DNA of 64,000 nucleotides, taken from Psilocybe cubensis (Eukaryota). Under the pieces are notes generated by a model, which was not told the origin of the DNA, ran no database searches, and saw only the letters and a list, made by a program, of their open reading frames with translations. Every line of letters begins with the position of its first letter. The stretch's first letter is position 1. Made by a program: the position numbers and the translations under genes. Where the stretch lies: contig CM039007.1 in assembly GCA_017499595.2 (NCBI GenBank), forward strand, positions 2,790,001 to 2,854,000, given 5' to 3'. Below are positions 34,721 to 47,259 of this stretch, piece after piece.

Positions 34721-37700
34721 ATGGAACTACACCCCAAGGCCCGTGAAAATGGCATCCACAAGAATCGGACGAGGAAGCTATCGCCTCTAGTGCGGTTTGC
34801 AAACTTTGTCACAGAGGAAACTAGTTTCTTTCGCGCCCACCTCGCTGCTTTCACCTTTATACCACTCATATTCTCAGGAATCTTCTACGCTTCGAACGGC
34901 CGGTACCGTGTCAGCTTTTTAGACTCAATGTTTCTCTGCTATTCCGCCATGACAGTCACTGGTCTGTCCACAGTCAATCTTTCTACGCTAACAACGTGGC
35001 AGCAGGTTATACTATATTTCCTAATGACTATCGTATGTCCTTTGCGTTCAGGATCACAAAGTCATTCTAATGTAGACACAGGGAGACATTACGGTTGTTT
35101 CATGGATCATGGTATTGATCAGAAAGTAGGTACCATTCTATGTCGAAGAATTATATCTCACTTGCTCTACAGGCGGTTCTTCACCACTCACTGTGAATAT
35201 GTCGCTGCAAAGGAGAAAGCCAAACCAAGATCAATACGCACAATGCGCTCAAAGTCGTCTTTCATGCGATCAATATCTGCCCCAACGAATTATTACAAAC
35301 AAAGACAACCTGTTCAAGGTCAAGAAAACCGGACAGAGGCTCCAGTTCCTTCAAATGGACCTCACATACACTTCCAAGGACCGACACCTGGAAATACGTT
35401 GGGAAATATCCCCGAGCAGGTCGTACAATCCCCCATCGACATATACAACGAGCCAAATCACATATCTACGATGACTGACGCACCCATGGTATCCTCATCT
35501 CCAAAATCGCACGCCACCTTCCTATCTCCTGTCTCTGACCGAGCGCCGCGATCGCCACCAGTAGTCGGATTTGCTGAATCTACTGGCTTTCAGGCAAGAA
35601 CGGGCCATTATACACGAGGTTTGCTCGATTCTTCCTCATCCTTTAACGACACGCTCACCGTGTCCAACTCTGTAGAGGGCAAGACAATACCACGTAAACG
35701 ATCTACAGTGCTTGCTCGAAAACCATCCAACATCCCCGGTGTCCCACCAGAGAAGCAGAACGCATCAAAGTACCAAGGACTCGGCGGTTTCCCCGGGCCC
35801 ATCCACCTCGCCAATCAGGCACTGAAACTCGTCATTCCGCAAACGTACCATAAGATGGAACGCACAATGACGATGACGACAGTCACAACGCTGCAGTCCA
35901 CGGCTACACCATGGCTCAATTTCAACGGACTCGTCGTGGGGAGGAATTCGGATTTTCGAACGGACTCGTTGACAGATTCGGAACTGGAGGATTTGGGAGG
36001 GGCAGAATACCGTGCGCTCAAGTTGTTGAGCTGGCTCGTACCTACGGTAAGTTGCTGTGTTTTCATTAGTTTGCGTTACGTCAACTCGTGTGGTTTTGTT
36101 GCAGTATTTTGTGGGTTGTCAGCTTCTGGCCGTTCTATTATTTTTGCCATGGCTTTCTGCCACGAAGTCGTATGATGCAGTTTTTGAGAATCAACCCCGC
36201 TTGGTGTCTAAGCCATGGTAGGTCAACGAACACGACTACTCCAAATAAACTAAGTTTCTCTCCGTCAGGTTTGCTTTCTTTCAGGTCATGGGAGCATATA
36301 CCGGCGGAGGACTGTCACTTGTTGACGCGTAGGTCGCTTTTGAATTTGGCCAATTCTTGACACTAATTTGTCGATCTGGTAAGCGGAATGGTTCCGTTTT
36401 CCAACGCCTACTTGATGATAAGTGAATAACATTCATGACATGACTGGATCAATTTGATTTATGACTCATTGGATTTTCCCAACAGTTGCTCTCGTGTTCG
36501 TTATTCTTGCTGGAAATCATGCTTTAGTAGGTCATCAATATGCAACTCGCTTCCACGGCTCTCATATTTTAATTTTCTAGCCTATATTGTGCGTAAACTC
36601 GCTAATTTATATGAACGAACTATTTCTGAAGGTGGTGAAGCCTGCGTCTAATTCTGTGAGCCACATCAAAGCCCTTGATATAACTTCAAACCCCTCATAG
36701 TTCATAGATGGACATCGTCGAATCTACTAGACGAGGACTCACCGGCACAAGATGCTTTATCGTTTCTCCTTGAACATCCTCGACGGTTTGTTTTAACACA
36801 TGAAAATATACACATTGTTCTCATTGCACTTCTTTATCAGATGCTTCCTATATCTGTTTGTTCTTTACTGACCTTTTCACCAATACCACCTAACCATTGC
36901 GTCAGCTTTCCTAGTCACCAAACATGGTTTCTTGTCATTTGTCTGGTATTGTTCAGGTAAGCTGTATTGTTTTCTTCAGATTGCCAATCTCTTAATTGCA
37001 CGCTGATCAGTGCAACGGAATGGGTCTCCTTCGAGGTGTTGAGTGAGTGGTACTCCTTTGATATATCTGACTTATCGACGTGGCCTTGTATTCCTAATAA
37101 AACCCTTCCTTAAACAGATCTGGGTCTGCCGGCCTACGAAGCAATACCAAAGGGACCTCGTATACTTGCCGGGCTGTTCCAGGGTCTTGCAGCTCGAGCC
37201 TCGGGGTTCTCCATCGCACCTCTAGCGAGCCTCGCTCCTGCACTGCTGTGAGTCTCTATTCCCACTGGTCGAATGCAGGACCGTAAATCAAATGTGGATC
37301 TGGATTTCGTAGCTTCCTATATGTCGTCATGATGTATATTGCTGTGCGTCTTACGCCCAACTCCTTGGAACTGGCTGTACTAATGAACACTTTACTCTCG
37401 AATCCCAGATTTACCCAGTAAGTTCAACCTTTATCTTGCTTATAATCCTTACATCTGACATATAAAGGTGGCGTTGAGCATCAGGTCAACTAATGTGTAT
37501 GACAATTGTCTGTTCGGTCTGTAAATTTACCAAAATCTAATATTGTAACCGTGTAGATATGAGGAGCGTTCTTTGGGTATATTCGAAGCACCTCCGGACG
37601 ACGAAAATGATGAGCCCGCGGACCTGAATCAAATACCTGAAGGCACTGAACGTGTTGGACGCTACCTCGGCTGGCACATGAGAAGGCAGCTATCCATAGG

Positions 37701-38280
37701 TACTTTCATCACAAGTCTCCCCCTCATGAAGGTCACTGAATCCCTTTCGTTCCAGATATATGGTGGCTCGTCTGGGCAGTATTTCTCGTAGCCATTATTG
37801 AGCGCGGAAACATCATGGATGAGTCCAAAAAGTGGTTCGATCTATTCCGAGTCCTCTTTGAACTTGTCTCTGCTTTTGGAGGTATTGGCCTCAGTTTGGG
37901 ATTTCCTGATGTATGTCCCAGCAGAAATTTCTTGATACCATGATCTTACCGAGTAATTTCTCTAGGACAATTTTTCATTCGTTGGAGCCATGTCTCCTCT
38001 ATCAAAGCTTGTTGTGATTGTAATTATGTGCGTCCATTTTCTAATCACTGTTGGTGTACGGACTAAGTCAGGATTGTTCGTCGCCAGGGTTCGAGGACGA
38101 CACAGAGGACTCCCGGTTGCAGTTGACCGCGCTGTTCTACTGCCGAGAGAGATGCAGGTCAATCAAGATCCCAAAGGTACCAAAGTGGAAATCGGTGCAG
38201 CCGACCACGAAAAGGGAATACTAGATGATGGCAGCCCTATCCCACCACCGGAGTCCTCAGAGTTATTTGGCGTTCGGTGA
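34721..38280 (+). CDS. Trk-family potassium transporter
   Basis: FLDSMFLCYSAMTVTGLSTVNL, LGGAEYRALKLL, FLLEHPRRCF, LFELVSAFGGIGLSLG, RGRHRGLPVAVDRAVLLP; many introns. Confidence 0.9.
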
Positions 38281-38502
38281 GAACCGCCACTACTCTATTG
38301 TTCTTTTTCTTTCCTTTCTTTTCTGTGGGTTTTGGTTTGGATTATACACGGAGTACATTGTTTGAATCATAATATTAGAAAAACAGCACAGTCACTATCA
38401 TTCACATATTGCTAAGTACATATACACTATATAGCCACACACTATTTATATTTTAAGGATGCAAAGGTTGTCGCAATTATTTGACCAAGAAAGGCTATTG
38501 GT

Positions 38503-40177
38503 CTACTCCCAATTTGACATGTATTCTTTGTATTCGGGCTCCTTTGACAGCTCCTTTATCATATAATTATTGATATTATCTTGAGACGGAAGGAACGGTG
38601 TGATTTGATTCTCTGTGCCACATAATGATTTATGATTCTTCCAATCTGCGGTTTGGCATTCTTTGGAACAGTATGGGGTCTGCACATATGAACTCATTGA
38701 GCCTTAAGCAACGACAAAAAAGGTGTACAGAGAACTTACAATGTGGCACCTGGAGCATTTTAGCATCTTTTGAACGTCCCTGAACTCCAGCTTGCCACAT
38801 TCGGGACCTTCACATTCCCTAACAAGAGGACCTCCCCACTGACCTATCTTGGCCGCTCTTTCGATCTCAAACACTGGACGCGAATCCACTCCGGACGCGA
38901 TGTATTCGTCGACGGTTCTATTCCAATTAACCTGCTGTCCAGTTTTCCAATTTCGAACCCCGGCGTTTCTATTGGACGGACTATTTATTTGAGGTGTATA
39001 TCGTTGGTCAATGAGCACTTAGAGGCAGTGGTGGACGTAAAGCTTACAGTGGGAACCTATACTTTGACATCGCATATGCAAACGCTGGGTCGACTAAATT
39101 CAACTTAATCATCTCCTGCCTGAACATCTCCAACGTAACGTTATCCAGAGCAGCGAAAGGCACGTCTGGAAAGCTGTCAAGATCCCGCAGTGTACCGTCA
39201 GGGCGGTACTTAAATTTGCCAAAGTACAGTGACTGCATCGCGCGGCCCAGCTTTTGATAGCTTGCGGGCTTATCGGCCGTTGTCAGACTGTAAGGTACGA
39301 GGTGAGTTCCTTCCCAGTATTCGAACACCGGAGTCTTTCGTGCGCAACAGCTCTCATGCGACTTCTTTGAGCCACAGACGCACAGGAATGAAAGAGGGTA
39401 GGGATGACGCCCTTGAATGCCATGGCACTCTGGGAGAACTTTGCCAGACCAACATGGGCAAACGCGGGCAGGGCGTTCTTGTCCTTCCGTCAGAGACTTT
39501 GTCGAAACCAGTTCCATAAACTTCTTTCGGTGTTTGTCGGTCGAAAAATATGTTTTCGTCGCGAAATTCTTTATCGCACCGTGCTCTAGCAGCAAAGAGA
39601 TCGTTTCCCAGTCGCGTGCTTTACATGCAAGAATCAAAGGCGTTACACCATCGTGAGATTGGTTAACATCGATGTGTTGTTCGATGAGAAGCCGTGCGAC
39701 CCTGGTATACCGCGCCAGACGATTGACCTTTTCTTGAGGCGCCATGACATTGTCAGGTGTAGTATGTACTTTGACAGCAGCCTGTAGCGCGAACCAAATG
39801 GGAGTCCTGCCATGCAAGTCCTTGATGTCGGGGTCGAGTCCGAGACGGAGATACTCGTACGCTAGCAAGACATCGCCTAGTTCGGCTACAATGTGCAGCA
39901 GAAAATGACGCTCGCGACGCCACTTGTCAGCGCGGGGTGAGTTGGGGAAGAGGTAATCCGCTCCGATCTTATTTACACTCGAGTGCGTCCCGAGAGGGGG
40001 GTTGCGCACAGCGTGACGCGCGTGGTTAAAGGCATTCGTCGAGAAGGCTAGGTCAGTAGAGAAGCGAGGGTCATCCATTACCTCTTGGACTATGTGTTCC
40101 GGTACCATTATGTGGGATTTTCGATACGAAAGGTTATTCGAAGTTGAGGCAGATTCGATCGAGGCGTCAGTAGGCAT
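38503..40177 (-). CDS. Ankyrin + two SEC-C-like motifs + MYND zinc-finger protein
   Basis: DLHGRTPIWFA and GVTPLILAC..LLLEHGA (ANK); CPCWSGKVLPECH and CVCGSKKSHESCC (SEC-C-like); CEGPEC..KCSRC..YCSKECQTADWKNHKSLC (MYND). Confidence 0.8.
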
Positions 40178-42332
40178 TGTCGTCAGTGCGATCAGAGGGA
40201 AAGAGGTTTGTGGGGGTTAAAAGCGCCTCAAACTAGGCGTAATCGTTCTTATATGTGCAGATTTGAGTCCCTTTCCTACCGCATTGTGTTCATTGGGTGA
40301 ATAGAAACTCGCATAACCTGGGAAACCATAGGAAACAATGGTGGTCCTTGTTGGACTTCGTGGACACGGCGCATGATGCTGTGATCTTGCACCAAAAATA
40401 GCAGTACAATTGGACTACATCGGACCAATATGCTTTTTTTTGATAAAATTTTAAGGGTTTCATTGCGTGAATAGATCGGATACTCTGACGATGCTGTCCG
40501 GGAAATAATGGAACGAGTGAAAGGTGGCAAAGATAGAATAAAAAGTGTAGACCAGACGAGGAGATACCCGAAGAAGTATCTAGTACAGAGTGTGCCCACA
40601 TAGATTTCAAAGACGTATGAGAACGATTGAAACGACGTATTGTGTTTTCAATACTTGCACATTCCATTTCAAATACAAATTGTGGCTAAATAGGCATTGA
40701 ATCAATCATATGGATATGGCGGCATTATACCAACATGACAAAAGATCGACTGAAAGTACTTTGAGTTATACGGGACTAGATTTCTTCGACATCCTGAAAG
40801 GTAGTCCTGCGATGGAGTGCGTCATCCTCGGAGACAGACTCTGCCAATTCGTCTGTCTTCGTGATTCTAGTCGGGGCCGTAGTGGAAGACTTGCTTTCCC
40901 GCTCCTCACGTTTCATATCGTCTCGGCTGAGATACTGTCTACCCTTAATATCAAGGGCATTTCCCTCAGTCTAATAGAAAGTATGAGCGGCAACATCTTT
41001 GAATAAGTAAAAAGATGGATTCGTACGTGATTGGAAGGTGGCTTGCGGAAGTATTCGTCGTTGATGTCGTGATCTGTCGTGGCAGGGCGTCCAACCACTT
41101 GCTCATTCTTCTTAAAAATGCTGTCTGTGTTGGTGGGTCGCGGCATTGTGCAGGATAATGTAATGAATAAGAATGGTGATGTGGTAAATAAGTGGCTTGT
41201 GTTTGCAGAGTATGTGGTTTATTACACACGAAGACCACTGCGATGGGTCTTATGTGGGTTGGTGGGGTGAGCGAAAGAAAAAGTGATGTAAGACCTTACA
41301 GCAAAAGGTCTTGCACCGATGATGTCAGGCCGAGGACGCCCCATCAAGGCAGGGGTCACTCGTCTGATGTGGAGATAAACACTGCAGCGGGAAAAACATG
41401 TCTCGCTGAGCTTAGCGTAAAAACATTTGACTAAGTTTCAAACGGTGCTAGTGTCTCCCAAGGCGAACATAGCCCTAGAGTTTTAAAGTCATAGGTGCAG
41501 ACCTAGTGCGGCTCGCTATGAATCCATTCCAAGTAGCACGTTCGCGTTGATCCTATTCCGGCGCCAATGGGGGATCTATGATTACGATCGACACTGGTGC
41601 CATAGAATCCGGGAAGCAAAAGTAGATTCCTCGGTGTGCATGCAGAAGACGATTTTGGATGTAGTTAAGATACGACCGGAGCATGCAGATAGTCCAAAGT
41701 AGGAAAAACGTCGGTATTTTGACTGATAGCGCCAGAAAAATTGCCAACCTGACATTTCCCGTTGCGAAAAGGGTTTGGAGAGGTTTCTGTGCGCAACGAA
41801 ATTAATAGTAATAATAAAACTCGACGAGAATGTTTCTAGCCATACCTTCGTGAGATCTACTGCGACATGCCTCTTATCCTGAAGCGAGCCAGTCGTATCA
41901 CTCGAATTAAATACTTTCGCCAAGGAGATATGTTTTTTGCCAAGGATGTCAAAACCTGGGGAAATAATCTAATCGATCTTATCTCTTTCCGGATTCAGAC
42001 ACAAAACGCGGGGAATTTGTCATGTGTGCTTTCCGTCATCAACTGAACGGCAGTTTGGCTGTTGGCTGACAAGTGCAAAAGTCAACTAACACATCGCCCT
42101 ATCAGGCCACATCAACTGTTCCTTTGATCCTTGCTGCTGGCACGATTTTGAAACGAAGCACTCACTATATAAAGAGTCGGTCGATTTCTTTACGCTCTCC
42201 ACCGTCTGTCAACGATATCAACAACGCACACCTGCCCCACAGCAGAGGTCTCACTCACCTTTGCCACTCTACAGGTCGATTGCAGCCAGCATCGAAACCA
42301 GCCAGAGATTGGAGCCCTAAATTCCCTTCGTT

Positions 42333-43503
42333 ATGGTAAGTTTGGCTGTTGTTAGTCATCCTGCAGAGCATCTTTCGCCTACTCTAGCGGAGCATCTTCG
42401 AGATCACTCCTAGATCTGGCATTAAATACCTCTGTCCCACGCCCTTGGTGCCCCACTTCCTAGAGCTCTGCGGATGTCGTTTGTTCGAACGAATTTGACT
42501 GATTCTATCCGATGTATAGCCGATTCAGGTTCAAAGACGCCCGTCAGAACCCCTCCCATTGAAGCCAGCTCCTGGTGAGCCAGGCGACCAGCTGGCAACC
42601 GCAAAAGCCCATCAGCAGCAACAGCAGCAGCATAGAGAAGCGTTGCGACTAGCTTTGGGCAGCATCCTAACCCCCGTAAGTACCGCCTTTGCTGCTTGAA
42701 GGAGGAAAGGATGGTCACTCAGTACTGCTGCTTTCAATTTGGTGTTCCCCACCGGCAAGAAACGTCCTCCCATCGTCCCCCCTTCGCGACCGTCATCCGG
42801 CACAGCGACGCCGGCACACCCTAGTCCATGGTTATCTGGTTCTGTTTCTGGAGCACAAACGCCCGCGGGAACCCCGCCGATACAGTCGCCGTACATAGCA
42901 GCTGGCCATGGCCCAAATTCCTCCGAGCATCTCCTTCACCCGCACTACGCGTTCCCGCATCACGGCCACTCGCTGCCGCCCTCCAAATTGGGTCGTTCAG
43001 TCAGTCTCCTTAATTTATTGCGGACTTGAGATCGGAGGGGAATGCTCACTTGCGTTACTTTGATTGAACAGTCTTCGAGTTCGAATTCTCCTGTTGAGAG
43101 TGTGACAACTTCAACGCACAATTCTGGACATCCATCACCACATGCTGGCGCTGGTGCTCTTGCCCCGCATACAATATTGTCGCCCGTTCCGGACGTGGAG
43201 CCTCTTCCACCGTCGATGATGGCGGAGCCCCAAGTAGGCAACAACACCCAAACTGAAGGTGCGACTTCAAACATTGTTGAGGTGAAACCTGTCCGCCCTT
43301 CGATTACACCACTTCATCCAAGCAAAGAGGGGAACGCAGCGACTGGGGCAGACGGTGCTGGGTCTACAGACAGCATGAATGGCCATATCATGCAAACCGA
43401 GCCAGGGTCGCCGTCTGGGAGAGGTACACCACGCGCCAAGTTCCTACAGACGCTGCAGTCGAAAAGTGCCTGGGACGCCCTCATTCACGGGTCATTCTCT
43501 TGA
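42333..43503 (+). CDS. Hypothetical Pro/Ser-rich protein
   Basis: ATG-only first exon, then PIQVQRRPSEP..EALRLALGSILTP / KRPPIVPPSRPSSGTATP / ..KFLQTLQSKSAWDALIHGSFS*; canonical introns. Confidence 0.65.
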
Positions 43504-44174
43504 GGTGACGGAAGCGTTTACTTCTTTTAACGGATATTGCTGGTGTTTCTTTGTGTACGAGTAGAGATAGGTCATCTTGACCGATAGTAAGCAGGTAAGT
43601 GGAACGCCTATATCTTTGGCGCATTGTCTATATGGATTTGACTGCTTTATTTGTCTTGTAATTTTGATTTGGGTCCTTGTTGAATGTGATGTTCACGTTC
43701 TCCAGTTTTATTTTTTTTGACTGTATATTCAGAGGAGCGTAAACAACGTTATGGTAGCCAACATGTTGTAAACATACCTTCAGTTCTATTCCTAATCCAA
43801 TATTTGCTTGTTATTTTACCCTCCGTTCCATCTTGATATGTCAAATTAGGTTTGTAATTGCAAAAGTATAATGCTACGCGCCTCCACAGGAATGCTTTCT
43901 TGAACGTTTGCCAGTACTTTTTTGGTCGGGCACATCCGTCCGATAAACCGTCACCGCACGCACACGTGATTTATGCTCTACGGGAGCCGGCTTCACGGCA
44001 CCCCAGAAACGACCCGATTAGATTATCGTCCAAAAATTGTTCCTCGCTTCTTTGTCGTCGAAACCACTCATTGGTATGTGTCTTGTCCACACAAAGCAAC
44101 CATATGCTGACAAAAGATGTAATTTGGCATAGATATACTTTAAATTTGGAGTTGACATAAGAGAGACAGCCAAA

Positions 44175-46188
44175 ATGGAGGCCTTCGAGACATACCAAAC
44201 TCCACTCTCGAGGTGCGTATAGCTAGGACCATTTCTGCTATCAATCGTCGTTGGAATTGTGTTCTGAATAGATTTTTTATGACAGCCGATATGCGAGCAA
44301 GGAGATGGCAAATCTGTTTTCTCCTGCTGTAAGTTAACAATTCTAGGAATCGTCAATTAGAATGACTGACGTCGCATTCATGAACGGTTACGATTAGAAA
44401 CGCTTCTACACCTGGAGGACTCTGTGGTTGAACCTTGCTATTGCGGAGAAGCAACTCGGACTTCCCATTTCCGATGAAGCGATTGAGCAGATGAAGGCCA
44501 ACTTGGTATGTGAAGTCGTTCAATCAGGGTTTGAACACGATCTAACCTGTCTCGACATGGCAGGATCTAACTCCCGAACAATTCGAAATCGCGGCCGCAG
44601 AGGAGAAAAAACGGAGACACGATGTTATGGCGCATGTCCACACCTTTGGCCAGGTTGCCCCAGCTGCCGCTGGAATCATCCATCTAGGAGCTACTTCTTG
44701 CTACGTCACTGAGTACGTACTTCATGACCAACATCATATGTAGAGTTTAACACAATCAAACTTCTTCAGCAATGCGGACCTGATCTTCCTTCGCGAAGGA
44801 CTCGGATATCTTATTCGCGGTCTCGCGGTTCTCATCTCGCGCCTCTCAGCATTCGCAGCACAGTATCGTGATCTTCCGACACTTGGTTTCACCCACTTCC
44901 AACCTGCGCAGTTGACCACTGTCGGCAAACGAGCTACCCTTTGGATCCAAGAGCTTCTGTGGGATTTGAGGAACCTCAAGCGCGTGCGAGACGATATTGG
45001 CTTCCGTGGTGTCAAAGGTACTACCGGCACACAAGCCAGCTTTTTGGCGTTGTTCGATGGGGATCATCAAAAAGTGTGTTTTACATGTTTTATAAGGTGA
45101 AAATTGACTAATTTATGTCATAGGTTGAAGAGCTGGATGAGCTTGTCACTAAGTTGTCTGGGTTTGAGTATGCTTACCCAGTGACTTCGCAAACCTACTC
45201 TCGCAAGATCGATGCAGACGTTTTGGCTCCTCTTGCCTCCCTCGGCGCCACAGCTCACAAGATCGCCACTGACATCCGGCTCCTGGCCAACTTGAAGGTC
45301 AGCTCCATCATATACGCCTCTAAATTTACATCTACTGACCATTTCATAGGAAATCGAGGAGCCTTTCGAGTCGACTCAAATAGGCTCGTCTGCCATGGCG
45401 TACAAGCGCAACCCCATGCGCTCCGAGCGTGTTTGCAGTTTGTCCAGGCATTTGATGGTCCTCCACCAAAACGCCCTCATGACCTCCAGCGTACAATGGT
45501 TCGAAAGGACTCTGGACGATAGGTACATTTCTGAGATTCATCCTGGAACTTTGACAAGTTAACATCCCTTTTCTCAGCGCCAACCGTCGTATTACTCTCC
45601 CCGAGGCATTCCTGACCGCAGATATCGTCCTATCGACGCTGCAGAACGTCTCCGAGGGATTGGTTGTCTACCCCAAAGTCATCGCCCGCCGCATCTCGCA
45701 GGAGCTGCCCTTCATGGCCACTGAGAATGTCATCATGGCTCTTGTTAAGAAAGGAGGTGACCGTCAGGAAGCTCACGAAAAGATTCGCGTGAGTATCTGT
45801 TTGCTTGAAACTGCGCTCCAGCTCCAGCTCCAGCTCCACTTTCTTTCCATTTTCCATTCTCCTGTCTCTTTTCGTTGCTATCGCTGTATATCAATCACAA
45901 CCGCTTACATTTGTGGCTCCAACCAATATATAGGTCCTATCCCACGAAGCTGGTCACCAAGTCAAGCAGCTAGGTTTGGAGAACGACCTAATCGAGCGCA
46001 TCCGCGCAGACCCATACTTTGACCCCATCAAAGACGATCTTGACTCTCTTCTGGACCCATCGAGCTTCATCGGTCGCGCTCCTCAGCAGGTCGACTCTTT
46101 CCTTGAGAAGTGGGTCAAACCTGCGTTGGAAGACCCCGAGATCAAAGCTGCCATTTCAAACAGCAAGAAGGTTGATTTGAACGTTTAA
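44175..46188 (+). CDS. ADE13: Adenylosuccinate lyase
   Basis: [48 protein letters not shown] signature, ELPFMATEN. Confidence 0.96.
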
Positions 46189-47259
46189 ACTTTGGTGGGG
46201 CTGTTACCTCTCTCTGTTTCGGTGAGAGGTTTTTTCCAGTGCAAATTCTGGGTAATAGAAACGAGAGCTGCTCGTATGGAGTTCGTGAGAAGACAATCAC
46301 AAGGAGACAAGTGGGTGGTGTATGTATGGTATGTATGTATCAAAGCAGCAAATGCACCCACATTCTATTTTGTTACCTTTTCTTATATCGTCCGCGTCTT
46401 GCAATTCGCCGCTGCAATTTATGTTGACATTGAAAATGATAGTCGATGACTCGTGCGTGCCTTCTACTCAGGGTCGCGAGTGCTGATCGTCGTCCCCTGT
46501 AAAATTTTTTTGGCGTCGTGACCGAATTCTGCTACTATTTCACGCTGTTCGCCGATCAACGTATATAGTTGCATATTGGACCCTGGAATCCTTGTGACGA
46601 GAATACCCTCAAACTAAATTTACGTGGTGCGATCTTTCTGGAATATCCAGCTAAACATAGTCAAGAAATTTTGAATGCTAGCAGGTAAATTTATTACTCC
46701 GACGACTTCAGCACCACAACCTACTAATGCTCAACTCTTCCGTCACAGTGCCGGTTGACAGTGGCCTCAGGGATTTTGATTAGCGCTGACTTCAACCCTG
46801 CAGACCGGGGAGGTCATCCATTTTCTATTTCCCATGTCTTACGACTATCACGTTTTACGTTAAGAATCGACCGACGGCACGGTTTCTCATGATCAGTTGA
46901 TAGCCGTCATCTATTATTGGGCTTTATTGAATGAAGCCTAGCCGCGGTTCTAACACGAAAAGGCTCCATCGTTGTGAAGTGCTCGCTGGAGCTTCCTGAA
47001 GTTCCCCCTTCAAGGCTTCATTCCAGACTCTTCAACGCCAGCACCAACGTTCTGCCTCTCTGACTTGCTTTCGATTAACTCTATTCATTCTTTTTTTTCT
47101 TCATTGGGATTACTTTTGATTTTGTTGGACGTTTTTTCAACGTCGTTCGCGCCACTGACGTATCGACACTTTCAACGTTACTTTTTTAGCCCCTAAGTGA
47201 ACTTCCGCAGTGACTTGGAAGGCCTGCCCGCAAAGACAACGTCCTTCAAGTGAACGACC

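Noticed and set aside
40200-42300. Short ORFs in long intergenic stretches (also 25900-27200 and 33400-34700)
   Set aside because: No motifs, splice-consistent models or repeats could be supported by eye.
45814-45839. (GCTCCA)n repeat in an ADE13 intron
   Set aside because: Simple microsatellite.
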